Positions 9,388 through 18,116 of a stretch of DNA of 64,000 nucleotides are shown here, one piece after another. Below the pieces are notes generated by a model. The model had not been told where the DNA came from. It saw only the letters and a program-made list of their open reading frames with translations, and did no database searches. The DNA lies in the NCBI GenBank assembly GCA_020161265.1, contig JAIUOC010000003.1:235024-299023 (forward strand). The letters are read 5' to 3'. The translations under genes were made by a program, and so were the position numbers. Numbering within the stretch: position 1 is the first letter of the stretch; the number at the start of each line of letters is the position of its first letter. Source of the DNA: Chloroflexota bacterium (GTDB taxonomy: Bacteria; Chloroflexota; Chloroflexia; Chloroflexales; Herpetosiphonaceae).

Positions 9388-11040
9388 ATGGCTCAGGCTG
9401 TGCTACCATGCCGCACTATGGAGATGCAAAACTTGCCACCAAGTGGCCCACCAACTCAACGAGCAAGGTTGCTCACCGCCCTACGTTCAAGTCGTGCGAT
9501 GCAAAAAATTCGTCAATACCAGACCGTCTTGTTGGCTGGTACGTTCTTTGTTTTAGCTGCAATTTTTGGTCTCAATTCGCAATCGACGATCGAATCGCCC
9601 TCTGGTGCGGCTAGCCCAACGAGTTTGGCTCAGGCAACTTTAGCCCCAGCTGATGGCTCGATTACGCCAACCCTGGCAACCAGCACCGAAGTTGCCAATA
9701 CGCGCCCAACTCCCACCGATGTGGCGGGTGTGGTCGGGCCGCCAGCGCCTGATCGGGCAACGCCAACCAATGAGGGTGCGTATCCCCCACCGGTTGGTCA
9801 AGGGCCAACTTCGACGGTTGACCCGTTTCCAACCTTGCCAGTTGGTGGCACGACGATTCCACCATTCCCAACCGGCAGCACGGGCAATCGTGGCACGACT
9901 GCGCCAACCCAGAGTTCGGGCGGCTATCCTACGCCAAGTTCAAATAGTGCAACTCCAGCGCCAACCAATATCCCAGTGGCAACCGATGAATTGCCCTTCC
10001 CAACCGAGGAGGGCGAAGATCCAAAGCCAACCGAAGATCCATTTGAAGAAACTCCCAGTGCAACCGAGGAGCCGTTTGAAACTCCAACCGCCACCCCAAC
10101 CGAAGGGCCAACCGCGACCCCAACCAATACGCCAACGCCTACCCCATTGCCTTACGATCTGATTCGCGGCAATACGCGCTGGACATTGGCTCAAAGCCCA
10201 GTCAAAATTCGCCGCGATACGATTATCGCCAAAGGTGCAAGTTTGACGATCGATGATGGCGTGGAAGTATTGCTCGATGCCAATACATCGTTGGTAGTTG
10301 ATGGGACACTGACTGCTAATGCGGCCCGTTTCCGCAAGAGCGGCAACAGTTTCTGGAAATCAATCGTGGTTAATAATGGCGGTCAGGCTAATTTGAATTG
10401 GGTTGATATGCGCGGTGGTGGCTCCGAAGGCGTGTTGATTTCAGCCCTTGGTGGCAATACGGTCATCCAAGATAGCGTCTTTGAAGAGAACAAAGGCCGC
10501 ATCTATATCAGCGGTGGTAACTTTGATATGCAACGCAGCAGGGTGGTTGGCTTTGCTCCAATCAGTGCCGAAGTGCGTGGCGGCAAGAGCCTGCGCTTAT
10601 TCAGCAATGTGATTAATAACACAGCCACCGATGGCGCAACTGGCGTGAGTTTGAGCGCAACCGCCGACGATGTTGAAATTGTCTTGGAGAAGAACAGTTT
10701 CCGTGGTAGCAGCGGCACGAACGTTCGAGCGCAATTCAATCAATCATTGAATGCTGTGTTTCAGTGCAATAGCTTTAGCGGCGGAGCCTATGGCCTGCAA
10801 ATCAAATCAACTGACCCAACCTTAGATGGTTCACGGATTCTGATTAGCGGCAATAGCTTCCAAAGTCACAAAAACTATGGTCTAACTGGCGATGTTGGCT
10901 TTGATGCCCGCAACAACTGGTGGGGCGATGCCTCAGGCCCATATCATCCTGAGCAAAATGGTGCTGGCACCGGCGATGCGGTTGGGGTTAATTTAACCTT
11001 CAGTCCGTGGCTGAACGCCAAACCAAGTTGCGCCCCCTAA
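9388..11040 (+). CDS. membrane-anchored secreted protein with Pro/Thr-rich linker and right-handed parallel beta-helix repeats (start uncertain; alternative ATG at 9499)
   Basis: Signal-anchor TVLLAGTFFVLAAIFGL; about 200 aa P/T-rich low-complexity; C-terminal repeated NxGG/SGN beta-helix-like motifs. Confidence 0.5.
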   Translation: MAQAVLPCRTMEMQNLPPSGPPTQRARLLTALRSSRAMQKIRQYQTVLLAGTFFVLAAIFGLNSQSTIESPSGAASPTSLAQATLAPADGSITPTLATSTEVANTRPTPTDVAGVVGPPAPDRATPTNEGAYPPPVGQGPTSTVDPFPTLPVGGTTIPPFPTGSTGNRGTTAPTQSSGGYPTPSSNSATPAPTNIPVATDELPFPTEEGEDPKPTEDPFEETPSATEEPFETPTATPTEGPTATPTNTPTPTPLPYDLIRGNTRWTLAQSPVKIRRDTIIAKGASLTIDDGVEVLLDANTSLVVDGTLTANAARFRKSGNSFWKSIVVNNGGQANLNWVDMRGGGSEGVLISALGGNTVIQDSVFEENKGRIYISGGNFDMQRSRVVGFAPISAEVRGGKSLRLFSNVINNTATDGATGVSLSATADDVEIVLEKNSFRGSSGTNVRAQFNQSLNAVFQCNSFSGGAYGLQIKSTDPTLDGSRILISGNSFQSHKNYGLTGDVGFDARNNWWGDASGPYHPEQNGAGTGDAVGVNLTFSPWLNAKPSCAP

Positions 11041-11056
11041 AAAATCGATGTTGCAA

Positions 11057-11096
11057 CAGCCTCAGTTCTATGACTGGGGCTGTTTTTTTGTTTGGG
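11057..11096 (+). terminator. rho-independent terminator
   Basis: Hairpin cagcctcagt/actggggctg followed by TTTTTTTGTTT. Confidence 0.5.
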
Positions 11097-11099
11097 AGC

Positions 11100-11531
11100 A
11101 TGATTATGGAATGGCAAAAGGGTGACTATACGATCAGCACTGATTCAGCTCGGCTTGATCATGCGGCAATTGTTGACGGGCTGCATCAAACCTACTGGGC
11201 TGCCGAACGAGCGCCAGCAACAATTATTCGTTCGGTGAAACATTCGTTGTGCTTTGGGGTTTATCACGGTCAGCAGCAAGTAGGCTTGGCACGAGTAATT
11301 ACCGATTACGCGATTTTTGCCTATTTAGATGATGTTTATATTTTGGCTGAACATCGTGGTCATGGCCTTGGCAAGTGGTTGGTGCAAACCGTGCTGGCTC
11401 ACCCTGATTTGCAAGGCTTACGCCGTTGGCTGTTAGCAACTAGAAATGCCCATGGTTTGTATGCTCAATTTGGTTTTATCCCAATTGCCTCAGCCGAGCC
11501 ATGGATGGAAATCTTCAATAATCAAGCCTGA
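11100..11531 (+). CDS. GNAT family N-acetyltransferase
   Basis: Motif A region VGLARVITDY...HRGHGLGKWLV; start moved to ATG after the terminator (track ORF begins at 11007 and overlaps the upstream gene). Confidence 0.6.
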   Translation: MIMEWQKGDYTISTDSARLDHAAIVDGLHQTYWAAERAPATIIRSVKHSLCFGVYHGQQQVGLARVITDYAIFAYLDDVYILAEHRGHGLGKWLVQTVLAHPDLQGLRRWLLATRNAHGLYAQFGFIPIASAEPWMEIFNNQA

Positions 11532-11676
11532 AATGGAATCAGCTTTGCACGTTGATTGAGCAGATTTGGCGCAGGGAAGATAAAATTTGACAAGAAAGCT
11601 AAAGCTGATTATAATACCACGGCACTAAACAATTGAATAACGAAATGCAACACAAACCAAATGTTGCAAACCACCT

Positions 11677-11763
11677 GCCCAGGTGGCGGAATTGGCAGAC
11701 GCGCTACTTTGAGGGGGTAGTGGGAGCAATCTCGTGTGGGTTCAAGTCCCACTCTGGGCACCA
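11677..11763 (+). tRNA. tRNA-Leu (anticodon GAG), type II, CCA encoded
   Basis: Acceptor GCCCAGG/TCTGGGC, long variable arm, anticodon loop UUGAGGG by analogy with bacterial tRNA-Leu. Confidence 0.8.
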
Positions 11764-11783
11764 AAATCGTTATTCAATCAGAT

Positions 11784-11859
11784 GGGTGATTAGCTCAGTT
11801 GGTAGAGCGTCTCGTTTACACCGAGTAGGTCGGGGGTTCGAGTCCCTCATCACCCACCA
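11784..11859 (+). tRNA. tRNA-Val (anticodon UAC)
   Basis: GGGTGATTAGCTCAGTTGGTAGAGC...TTTACAC anticodon loop...GGTTCGAGTCC...ATCACCCACCA. Confidence 0.85.
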
Positions 11860-11941
11860 ATGCCACTTTAGCTCAGTTGGTAGAGCATACGACTGAAAAT
11901 TGTAGGGTCTCCGGTTCGAGCCCGGAAGGTGGCACCAAATC
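11839..11941 (+). repeat. attL-like 103-bp direct repeat (3' 21 nt of tRNA-Val + tRNA-Phe)
   Basis: Identical to 48542..48644. Confidence 0.7.
11862..11937 (+). tRNA. tRNA-Phe (anticodon GAA)
   Basis: GCCACTTTAGCTCAGTTGGTAGAGC...CTGAAAA loop...GGTTCGAGCCC...GGTGGCACCA. Confidence 0.85.
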
Positions 11942-12131
11942 TAGACAACCAGTGATGAATTTCATCGCTGGTTGTTGTGTTTTTACTACAGAAACTAGCT
12001 GTAGTAGTTCTATGGGGTGATGGCATCATTCAGGAGGCAAGATCCCCGCTTGATGCCTAGCCTACCCTTCCTCACTTCAATCAATATTGCTATTCATCAT
12101 CGAACCTTCGTTGCACTTGTAAGGGTAAAAG

Positions 12132-12356
12132 CTAAAGGCCACTATCTGGGTTTTCCCTTGGGATAGCATTTTGTGGAACCCGAGCTTGATTGGCTTTTCC
12201 CAACTGTTGCTGGATTCCACTGATCACTTCATTAAGTGAATGGGAAACATTACCGTTTTGGAACTCGCATTCCATTGCTACTCGAACATTGTCGTCAATC
12301 TTATTATCAATAACCAGCGGTTGCACATATTCAACTCGGATTATGATTTTACTCAT
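12132..12356 (-). CDS. hypothetical protein
   Basis: 74-aa ORF, lower-GC region at element edge. Confidence 0.25.
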   Translation of the reverse strand: MSKIIIRVEYVQPLVIDNKIDDNVRVAMECEFQNGNVSHSLNEVISGIQQQLGKANQARVPQNAIPRENPDSGL

Positions 12357-12371
12357 TGAAAGGACTCCTTT

Positions 12372-12593
12372 ATGAGTGACGATGCAGAAATGTTCATTTC
12401 CATTACTTTCAAGGATGCTAGTAAAAGCGATTACTACATTGTTAAGCGTTCAGTATTAGAACAAATAGTAAAAGACTTCAATAGTTATCTTGAAACAGGA
12501 GCATTCCTTCCTGGCTCTTATGAAGCAAGAACTCGTGGAGGTCCAAGCGTTCTGCTTTCGATAAGGTTCAGTGATGTACGGATGATTGGATAA
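12372..12593 (+). CDS. hypothetical protein
   Basis: 73-aa ORF divergent from previous. Confidence 0.25.
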   Translation: MSDDAEMFISITFKDASKSDYYIVKRSVLEQIVKDFNSYLETGAFLPGSYEARTRGGPSVLLSIRFSDVRMIG

Positions 12594-12707
12594 ATGGTGC
12601 TGATCCTGAGCCGAGGGATTACAAGATTGGTAGCCCACAAACTTGTCAGCTAACACAATGGGAAAATTGACGAAATGTGATCCTTGAGCGAGCAGGAGTA
12701 AGGTGTA

Positions 12708-13121
12708 ATGCGAAAAATGCTCACATTAGGGTTCGTTGCTCTTTTGCTTGGAGCATGTGGCCAATCGAATCAACAAAAGATCTTGGGTAAATGGCAAATC
12801 GATGGTGAGACGGTATATGTCACAGATGGATCGATGATTACCCTGAATGGCCCAGAAATGTGCTACCAACTAGAGGGCGATACGATCAAGACGGCTTTTG
12901 CCAATCAAGCAACTATACCGTCATCATTGCGCCAGCAATTCAAAAGTACTCTGAAATTTGATGGCGATACGATGACGATGATCCCAGAAGCAACTGATAG
13001 TACTAATGTTTATACCCGTATCGGTGACATCTCAGATCAAGATAAATTGTTGTTGGTTGAGAAGAAACTTCGCGAACCAGGAACACCTTCTTGTTCTGAT
13101 GTTATGAATAGCTTTAAATAA
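12708..13121 (+). CDS. lipoprotein
   Basis: Lipobox LLGAC after basic N-terminus. Confidence 0.45.
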   Translation: MRKMLTLGFVALLLGACGQSNQQKILGKWQIDGETVYVTDGSMITLNGPEMCYQLEGDTIKTAFANQATIPSSLRQQFKSTLKFDGDTMTMIPEATDSTNVYTRIGDISDQDKLLLVEKKLREPGTPSCSDVMNSFK

Positions 13122-13261
13122 CACGGCCACCCACCACCCATCCCAATTAGGCCGTGTATATATGGAATTTAGATTGGTAATGTGCGTTATCTCGTAAGGG
13201 GTAACTGGCTTTGCGTGGTAGTGACTGTTGGTATTTGGCGATGCTCTCCAGTACTACCACA

Positions 13262-13320
13262 AATAGAACTAGCCCATCTCGTAGGTTGCTAAACTGTTAC
13301 GAGATGGGCTAGTTCTATTT
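13262..13320. repeat. 23-bp perfect inverted repeat (hairpin) overlapping the 3' end of the XRE gene; probable bidirectional terminator
   Basis: aaatagaactagcccatctcgta ... tacgagatgggctagttctattt. Confidence 0.45.
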
Positions 13321-13540
13321 TAGACTCTGAACCTTCTTCTGAATCTTCAAAAACCAACAAGTCTTGAACTGTTATACCCAACGCTTTGCACAACTTTGCT
13401 ACTGTCTCAGTAGTAATGTTGATTGTTGGGTTGTTCTTGATGTTCGAAATTCTGGCGGAGGTAAGACCCGTCTGTTCGGACAGATCCTTCACTGAGATTT
13501 TCCGTCTCCACATAATCTCATCCAGATTATTACGAATCAT
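13289..13540 (-). CDS. XRE-family HTH transcriptional regulator (phage repressor-like)
   Basis: ISVKDLSEQTGLTSARISNIKNN HTH motif; divergent from the early operon. Confidence 0.7.
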   Translation of the reverse strand: MIRNNLDEIMWRRKISVKDLSEQTGLTSARISNIKNNPTINITTETVAKLCKALGITVQDLLVFEDSEEGSESKIELAHLVTV

Positions 13541-13676
13541 GGCGACCCCCTATCGAGATGCTATGATTCTAATGTATAGAATAACATCTGTCAATAAGCT
13601 TTATTATGATACTATTCTATTGACATTATTATCATATAAGGTAATATATTGCTTATAAAGATAAGGAGCTACAACA
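13541..13676. promoter_or_regulatory. AT-rich divergent promoter / operator region (putative genetic switch)
   Basis: TTGACA ... 17-18 nt ... TAATAT upstream of 13677; repeated ATTCTATTGACA / TGTCAATA half-sites. Confidence 0.3.
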
Positions 13677-14225
13677 ATGACACACACTAAGGAAATCCGC
13701 TACGACTGCATCACCAAAGACTTCGCCCTCTACTTGAACGGCGAATCGATCGGCTATGCCAGCTCTTACAGCGAAGGCGAAAGCCGCTTGAACGAATTGG
13801 TCTATGACCTGTTACGCCGTGCCTCACACGCTGACATCAGCGACTTGACCCCCGAAGACGCTGATGTCGTCTTGGACGCTACGGTAGCTTTGGCTGGGGA
13901 AGTTATCACCGAGAACAGTGAAATTGAAGAATCAGCAACAGTTGTGGCTGATGTTGCAGCTGCATCAACATTCGAAATGATTGCCGGACCTGGCACTGAA
14001 AAAACTACCTACGTCAACACCCCAATTGATGCCCTCGCCCGAACCATCGCTATTTTGGGTCGCAACTGGCAACGAGCGATCCGCGCGGGCCGCTACGCCG
14101 ATGCTGAGCGCATCGAGTCCCACGAGCAATCCGTTCGCTCGCAATTTCGCGCATTGGCCACCTCACCAACGCCGCCGGCTATTCCCGCCGATCGCCACGC
14201 TCTCGTTCGCCAGATTAAATACTAA
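13677..14225 (+). CDS. hypothetical protein (phage early region)
   Basis: 182-aa ORF with RBS AAGGAG. Confidence 0.4.
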   Translation: MTHTKEIRYDCITKDFALYLNGESIGYASSYSEGESRLNELVYDLLRRASHADISDLTPEDADVVLDATVALAGEVITENSEIEESATVVADVAAASTFEMIAGPGTEKTTYVNTPIDALARTIAILGRNWQRAIRAGRYADAERIESHEQSVRSQFRALATSPTPPAIPADRHALVRQIKY

Positions 14226-14317
14226 ACCCTTCACTGCTCGTCAAAGCAGCAAAGGGCAAAGCGATGACCGAGGTATTGATTGGACTCCTTGCCTCGGTCA
14301 CGAAAGGATGATACCTG

Positions 14318-14626
14318 ATGACTACCGAAACCGTCAATCGTCGAGACCGCCTGAGTCGGGTCAGCCACATTCTCCAGCTTGCCACGATCATTGCGGAAGA
14401 AGAAGGCCTCGACGACAACGCCGCATATGAATTGGCCGAGCAAGAATATGATGCCACGGTGGCTGCCGAGCTGGCGTGGAGTGAGCATCAAATCGTTACG
14501 CCTATCCAAATTATTCCAACCACATGGGGTATGGTGCTACGGCGTGATGGTCAGAGGATTGTTCTAAGTCTCCGCGATGTTGGCCCTGTGGTGCAAGCAC
14601 TTACCGAGTGGGGGCATCGTGTATGA
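14318..14626 (+). CDS. hypothetical protein
   Basis: 102-aa ORF; stop overlaps next start (ATGA). Confidence 0.35.
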   Translation: MTTETVNRRDRLSRVSHILQLATIIAEEEGLDDNAAYELAEQEYDATVAAELAWSEHQIVTPIQIIPTTWGMVLRRDGQRIVLSLRDVGPVVQALTEWGHRV

Positions 14627-14835
14627 ATGGTCGCTACTACTGTATGCAATGCCCAACGGTTTGCCACACGGCTGCCATGCTCGCTTTGCATAAATCTCAA
14701 TCACATCCGCTTATGCCACTGCCAGCACTCAACCCGAATACGCGCAGACAATGCCCAGTGTGCAAACGTATGATCAAGCATCGCGATTGGGCAACCCATC
14801 AAAGCGTTATTCATCCGGCAGCGGAGCCAGCATGA
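14623..14835 (+). CDS. small protein with two C2H2-like zinc fingers
   Basis: C-x2-C-x12-H-x4-H (CMQCPTVCHTAAMLALHKSQSH) and C-x2-C-x11-H-x4-H. Confidence 0.4.
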   Translation: MNGRYYCMQCPTVCHTAAMLALHKSQSHPLMPLPALNPNTRRQCPVCKRMIKHRDWATHQSVIHPAAEPA

Positions 14836-15053
14836 ATCGCAAAAAGCTGTACCGTCCTCGCAAACTGCGAAGACGACAAGCGCCTGAATCCCCAACCTAT
14901 GATCCTGAAGTACTTCGTGCTATGGAATTGGGTTGGCCATGTAAATGCAGCGTTTGTAGGGAAGCATGGGCTGAAATATTTAGCCCAAGTGATAGTAGTT
15001 GGTATTGTCGAGTTTGTTCAACCTCAATTACCCAGGAGCAAATCAATGTCTGA
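14832..15053 (+). CDS. small zinc-ribbon protein
   Basis: CKCSVC...CRVC motif; ATGA start/stop overlap with the upstream gene. Confidence 0.35.
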   Translation: MNRKKLYRPRKLRRRQAPESPTYDPEVLRAMELGWPCKCSVCREAWAEIFSPSDSSWYCRVCSTSITQEQINV

Positions 15054-15384
15054 TACAACATCAACCATCAAAGTAGATCACCAAATTCACTTCACCATCG
15101 ATGGATTCCCATGCACGACCTCGGTTGCGGGCGCGACGGCGGAACAACTGAAGGTGGTGATTGATCGGTTGAAATCGATCGGTGCACAACCACCAACCGC
15201 GCACTCGTCCCAACCAACGGCGGCAGTTGCATCGACGAGCGCTGTGGCCCAACGAACGTGCCCAGTTCATGGAACCGCCTTGCAATTACGCCAAGGTACA
15301 CGGCGCGGCAAACCCTACAAGTTTTGGAGTTGCAACAGCACTGATGCTGATGGTGAATGGTGTGATCATACTGAGAAACCCTAA
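15046..15384 (+). CDS. hypothetical Cys/His-containing protein
   Basis: Start MSDTTSTIK overlaps the previous stop; C-terminal CPVHG...FWSCNS...EWCDH. Confidence 0.35.
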   Translation: MSDTTSTIKVDHQIHFTIDGFPCTTSVAGATAEQLKVVIDRLKSIGAQPPTAHSSQPTAAVASTSAVAQRTCPVHGTALQLRQGTRRGKPYKFWSCNSTDADGEWCDHTEKP

Positions 15385-15535
15385 GCCAATCGCGAAACGA
15401 ATAGCATGGCTATCGCGATCAACTGACCGATGATGGATGACCCGCCAGCAGTCCAAATCAGGCTGTTGGCGGATGTTTTTTTAGCGCGAAACGGTTATGA
15501 TAATATGAATTATACAAACCGCTGGAGAGTCGAGC

Positions 15536-16525
15536 ATGAATAATGATTTTACACTCGCATTAACTACCCTTGCTGCAAGTACGCCAGCTGCAATTCAACC
15601 AACCACCAACCCCTTTATCGCCTATATCGCTAGTCTGCAAAGTGCCAATAGCCAACGCACCATGGAGAAGCAGCTGCATAGTTTGGCAACAATGATGGGC
15701 TTTGCCGATGCGCATGTGGTTCCGTGGTCGCAGCTGCGGGTTGAACATACCCAAGCCTTGTGGGCCAAACTCGCCAGCAGCAAATCAGCATCCACCGCCA
15801 ACCTCATGCTCTCGGCGTTACGCGGGGTGCTGAAGATGGCGTGGCGCATGGGCCTGATCACTGGTGAGGACTACACGCGAGCGGTTGATCTCAAAACAGT
15901 CAAAGGGAACGCACCCGATGCCGCAGCGGGGCGATCGCTCACCGCTGCCGAACTCCGCGCCTTATTTGCCGCGTGTGCTGCTGATTCATCGCCCGTTGGG
16001 CGGCGTGATGCGGCGATTCTGGCACTGGCCTATGCCGCTGGCGGTTTGCGTCGGGCGGAGATCGTTAATCTCGATCTGGCCGACTTCAATCCTGAAACGG
16101 CGATGCTGACGATTCGTGGCAAGGGCAATAAGGTGCGGACGGCATATGTGCGGGGTGGTGCGCGTGATGCCCTCGACGAGTGGCTGGCAGTGCGTGGCGA
16201 TGAAGCTGGGCCACTCTTCTGGCGCTTACAAGCTGGTGGTGTGGCAGGCCAGATGTATGAGCGGCTTAGTGATCAGGCGATTTATATCTTGTGCCAGCGA
16301 CGTGGCAAGGATGCCAATGTGCGGCATTTCAGCCCGCACGATATTCGACGAACCTTTATTAGTGATCAACTGGATGCGGGAACGGATGTCTTGACGGTTG
16401 CCCGGCTGGCAGGTCACAGCAATGCCAACACCACGAGCCGCTACGATCGGCGGGGTGAGCGAGCCAAACAAGCTGCGGCTGATGCATTGCATGTGCCATT
16501 TGTTGTTACACAATTTGATAAATAA
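15536..16525 (+). CDS. tyrosine recombinase (XerC/D / phage integrase family)
   Basis: Catalytic residues: R (LRRAEIVNLD), HDIRRTF, HSNANTTSRY (R..HxxR..Y). Confidence 0.8.
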   Translation: MNNDFTLALTTLAASTPAAIQPTTNPFIAYIASLQSANSQRTMEKQLHSLATMMGFADAHVVPWSQLRVEHTQALWAKLASSKSASTANLMLSALRGVLKMAWRMGLITGEDYTRAVDLKTVKGNAPDAAAGRSLTAAELRALFAACAADSSPVGRRDAAILALAYAAGGLRRAEIVNLDLADFNPETAMLTIRGKGNKVRTAYVRGGARDALDEWLAVRGDEAGPLFWRLQAGGVAGQMYERLSDQAIYILCQRRGKDANVRHFSPHDIRRTFISDQLDAGTDVLTVARLAGHSNANTTSRYDRRGERAKQAAADALHVPFVVTQFDK

Positions 16526-16548
16526 AATAATTGATGAAAGGATTTATA

Positions 16549-17331
16549 ATGGCTAAACAAGTAAAAATACCCATATCAAGACAAGAGTTAGAATCTCAGC
16601 TTGAAGATCACCTACATTTCCTTCAAAAATCATGTCAAGATTTTGATAATGGTGATGAACGTGAAGCTAAAAGAATATCAATAACACTTAGAATCCTATT
16701 ACATAGCACCCGTACTTCTCATAGTTTATTAGATCAACTAGGTCGTAAAAATATATCATTTTATGATACATCTACCGATGATTATAAAGGTAATCTATCC
16801 ATATATAAAGGATTAACAGCTGAACAACTTATTCCTGGTGGAATAGTGTATAAAGCTCGTCTACAAAAATTAAGGAGCAGTCGTTGGACTAAATTTGATG
16901 AATGGTGGACAAAAATTATTATGGATAATAGGAAAGGTCTTACTTTCTCACGAAGAGATTTTGTTCTATATGTGGCTGATCAAGATGGTGGTGCCCATGT
17001 AGATCCTGCAATTGATGAAAGATATGTAGAATTATCACGAAAAAACCCAATGCAGCTATTTATTGCTGTTAATGCTAACCAAGAACCTGTTACTCATATC
17101 GAACGGGTTACTATTCGCCAAATAGCACATGAGGTCTTAGGAACAATGATTCCTAACTACACTTTTATTCCTCCTCCAATCACACATGAAGGGCCTTGGG
17201 TTGCTGATTTAGCAGTTGTACCCGGAACAAAACCTCCGCCTACAACGCCCATTAAGAAAATTGGTAGAAATGATCCTTGCCCTTGTGGTAGTGATAAAAA
17301 ATACAAATATTGTCATGGTATACAACGATAG
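16549..17331 (+). CDS. SEC-C-motif protein with uncharacterised N-terminal domain (AT-rich cargo gene)
   Basis: C-terminal GRNDPCPCGSDKKYKYCHG; GC visibly far below surroundings. Confidence 0.5.
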   Translation: MAKQVKIPISRQELESQLEDHLHFLQKSCQDFDNGDEREAKRISITLRILLHSTRTSHSLLDQLGRKNISFYDTSTDDYKGNLSIYKGLTAEQLIPGGIVYKARLQKLRSSRWTKFDEWWTKIIMDNRKGLTFSRRDFVLYVADQDGGAHVDPAIDERYVELSRKNPMQLFIAVNANQEPVTHIERVTIRQIAHEVLGTMIPNYTFIPPPITHEGPWVADLAVVPGTKPPPTTPIKKIGRNDPCPCGSDKKYKYCHGIQR

Positions 17332-17396
17332 CTTAATATAGGAGGAGTGCTATAATTGTTAACAGACTTTTCAATATAGAATCAATTATAATCACG

Positions 17397-17987
17397 ATGG
17401 CTAATATACTGAACATATCGGATAAGGAGTACCAAATGATGAATCTGATAATGGAGAATATTCTGAAACAGCAAAATGACTTTAACGAAAAATCATCTAT
17501 GATCAAGAAGAAATTCGATGATTTTTCCGCTGAATTTATACATAACCTAAAAAATGCTGTTTCCGAAGGATCGCGGATGGGTATAAAAGATATGAATTTT
17601 GTGAGTGCTAAAAGCCTATCAAATGAAATTTCTGAAGATATATTTAAATTAAATAATAGAGAATACGTAATTATTACAGATAGTAGAGCTAATTATATTT
17701 TTGTGAAAAATAAATTACCTTTAATTACATATAGAATGATTATATATAATAATGATAAAAATGCAATGCCATATATGATTATAAATTTACAAGAAAACGG
17801 AGGTAATTCCATAAAGTTATATATAGAGAGATATACATCTACAAATGATAGCGATATCATACATCAAGAAAATGACATAGACGATAAAAGTCCATCTACA
17901 TCTGTTCAAGAAGTGATACGTTATATATATAATACAAAAAATATGTGGCTTAGTGTACCACTATATAAATATCATGAAAAATCATAA
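17397..17987 (+). CDS. hypothetical Asn/Ile/Lys-rich protein (AT-rich cargo gene)
   Basis: 196-aa ORF, extreme AT bias, no known motif. Confidence 0.4.
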   Translation: MANILNISDKEYQMMNLIMENILKQQNDFNEKSSMIKKKFDDFSAEFIHNLKNAVSEGSRMGIKDMNFVSAKSLSNEISEDIFKLNNREYVIITDSRANYIFVKNKLPLITYRMIIYNNDKNAMPYMIINLQENGGNSIKLYIERYTSTNDSDIIHQENDIDDKSPSTSVQEVIRYIYNTKNMWLSVPLYKYHEKS

Positions 17988-18004
17988 CTTATATCTCGAA
18001 ATAC

Positions 18005-18034
18005 TTGACAAGCGCACATGGGTGCTGGTATAGT
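18005..18034 (+). promoter_or_regulatory. sigma70-like promoter (TTGACA-18-TATAGT)
   Basis: Near-consensus -35/-10 elements upstream of 18117 gene. Confidence 0.35.
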
Positions 18035-18116
18035 ATTGCTACCGTAAGGACGGATGACCGCCTACGATGTGTGCAACACATCGGGGCGTTTTTTATTTCC
18101 CCACCGAGGAGGGGAT

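Noticed and set aside
9653-10162. Arg/Pro/Gln-rich 169-aa ORF in an alternative frame within the beta-helix protein gene
   Set aside because: It lies wholly inside the Pro/Thr-rich linker coding region of 9388..11040, and the repetitive codons keep the alternative frames open.
11007-11099. Upstream extension of the GNAT ORF (track start 11007) overlapping the preceding gene and its terminator
   Set aside because: The extension runs through a rho-independent terminator hairpin and T-tract. ATG at 11100 gives a normal-length GNAT domain.
12000-12130. Possible small RNA or att core in the gap after the tRNA cluster
   Set aside because: No convincing conserved structure or promoter-terminator pair seen. 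It is probably the phage attP arm or integration-host-factor binding region.
18054-18116. Track start of ORF 18054..18491
   Set aside because: The first 21 codons run through the promoter -10 region and the terminator hairpin. A strong SD (GAGGAGGGG) sits directly before ATG 18117.
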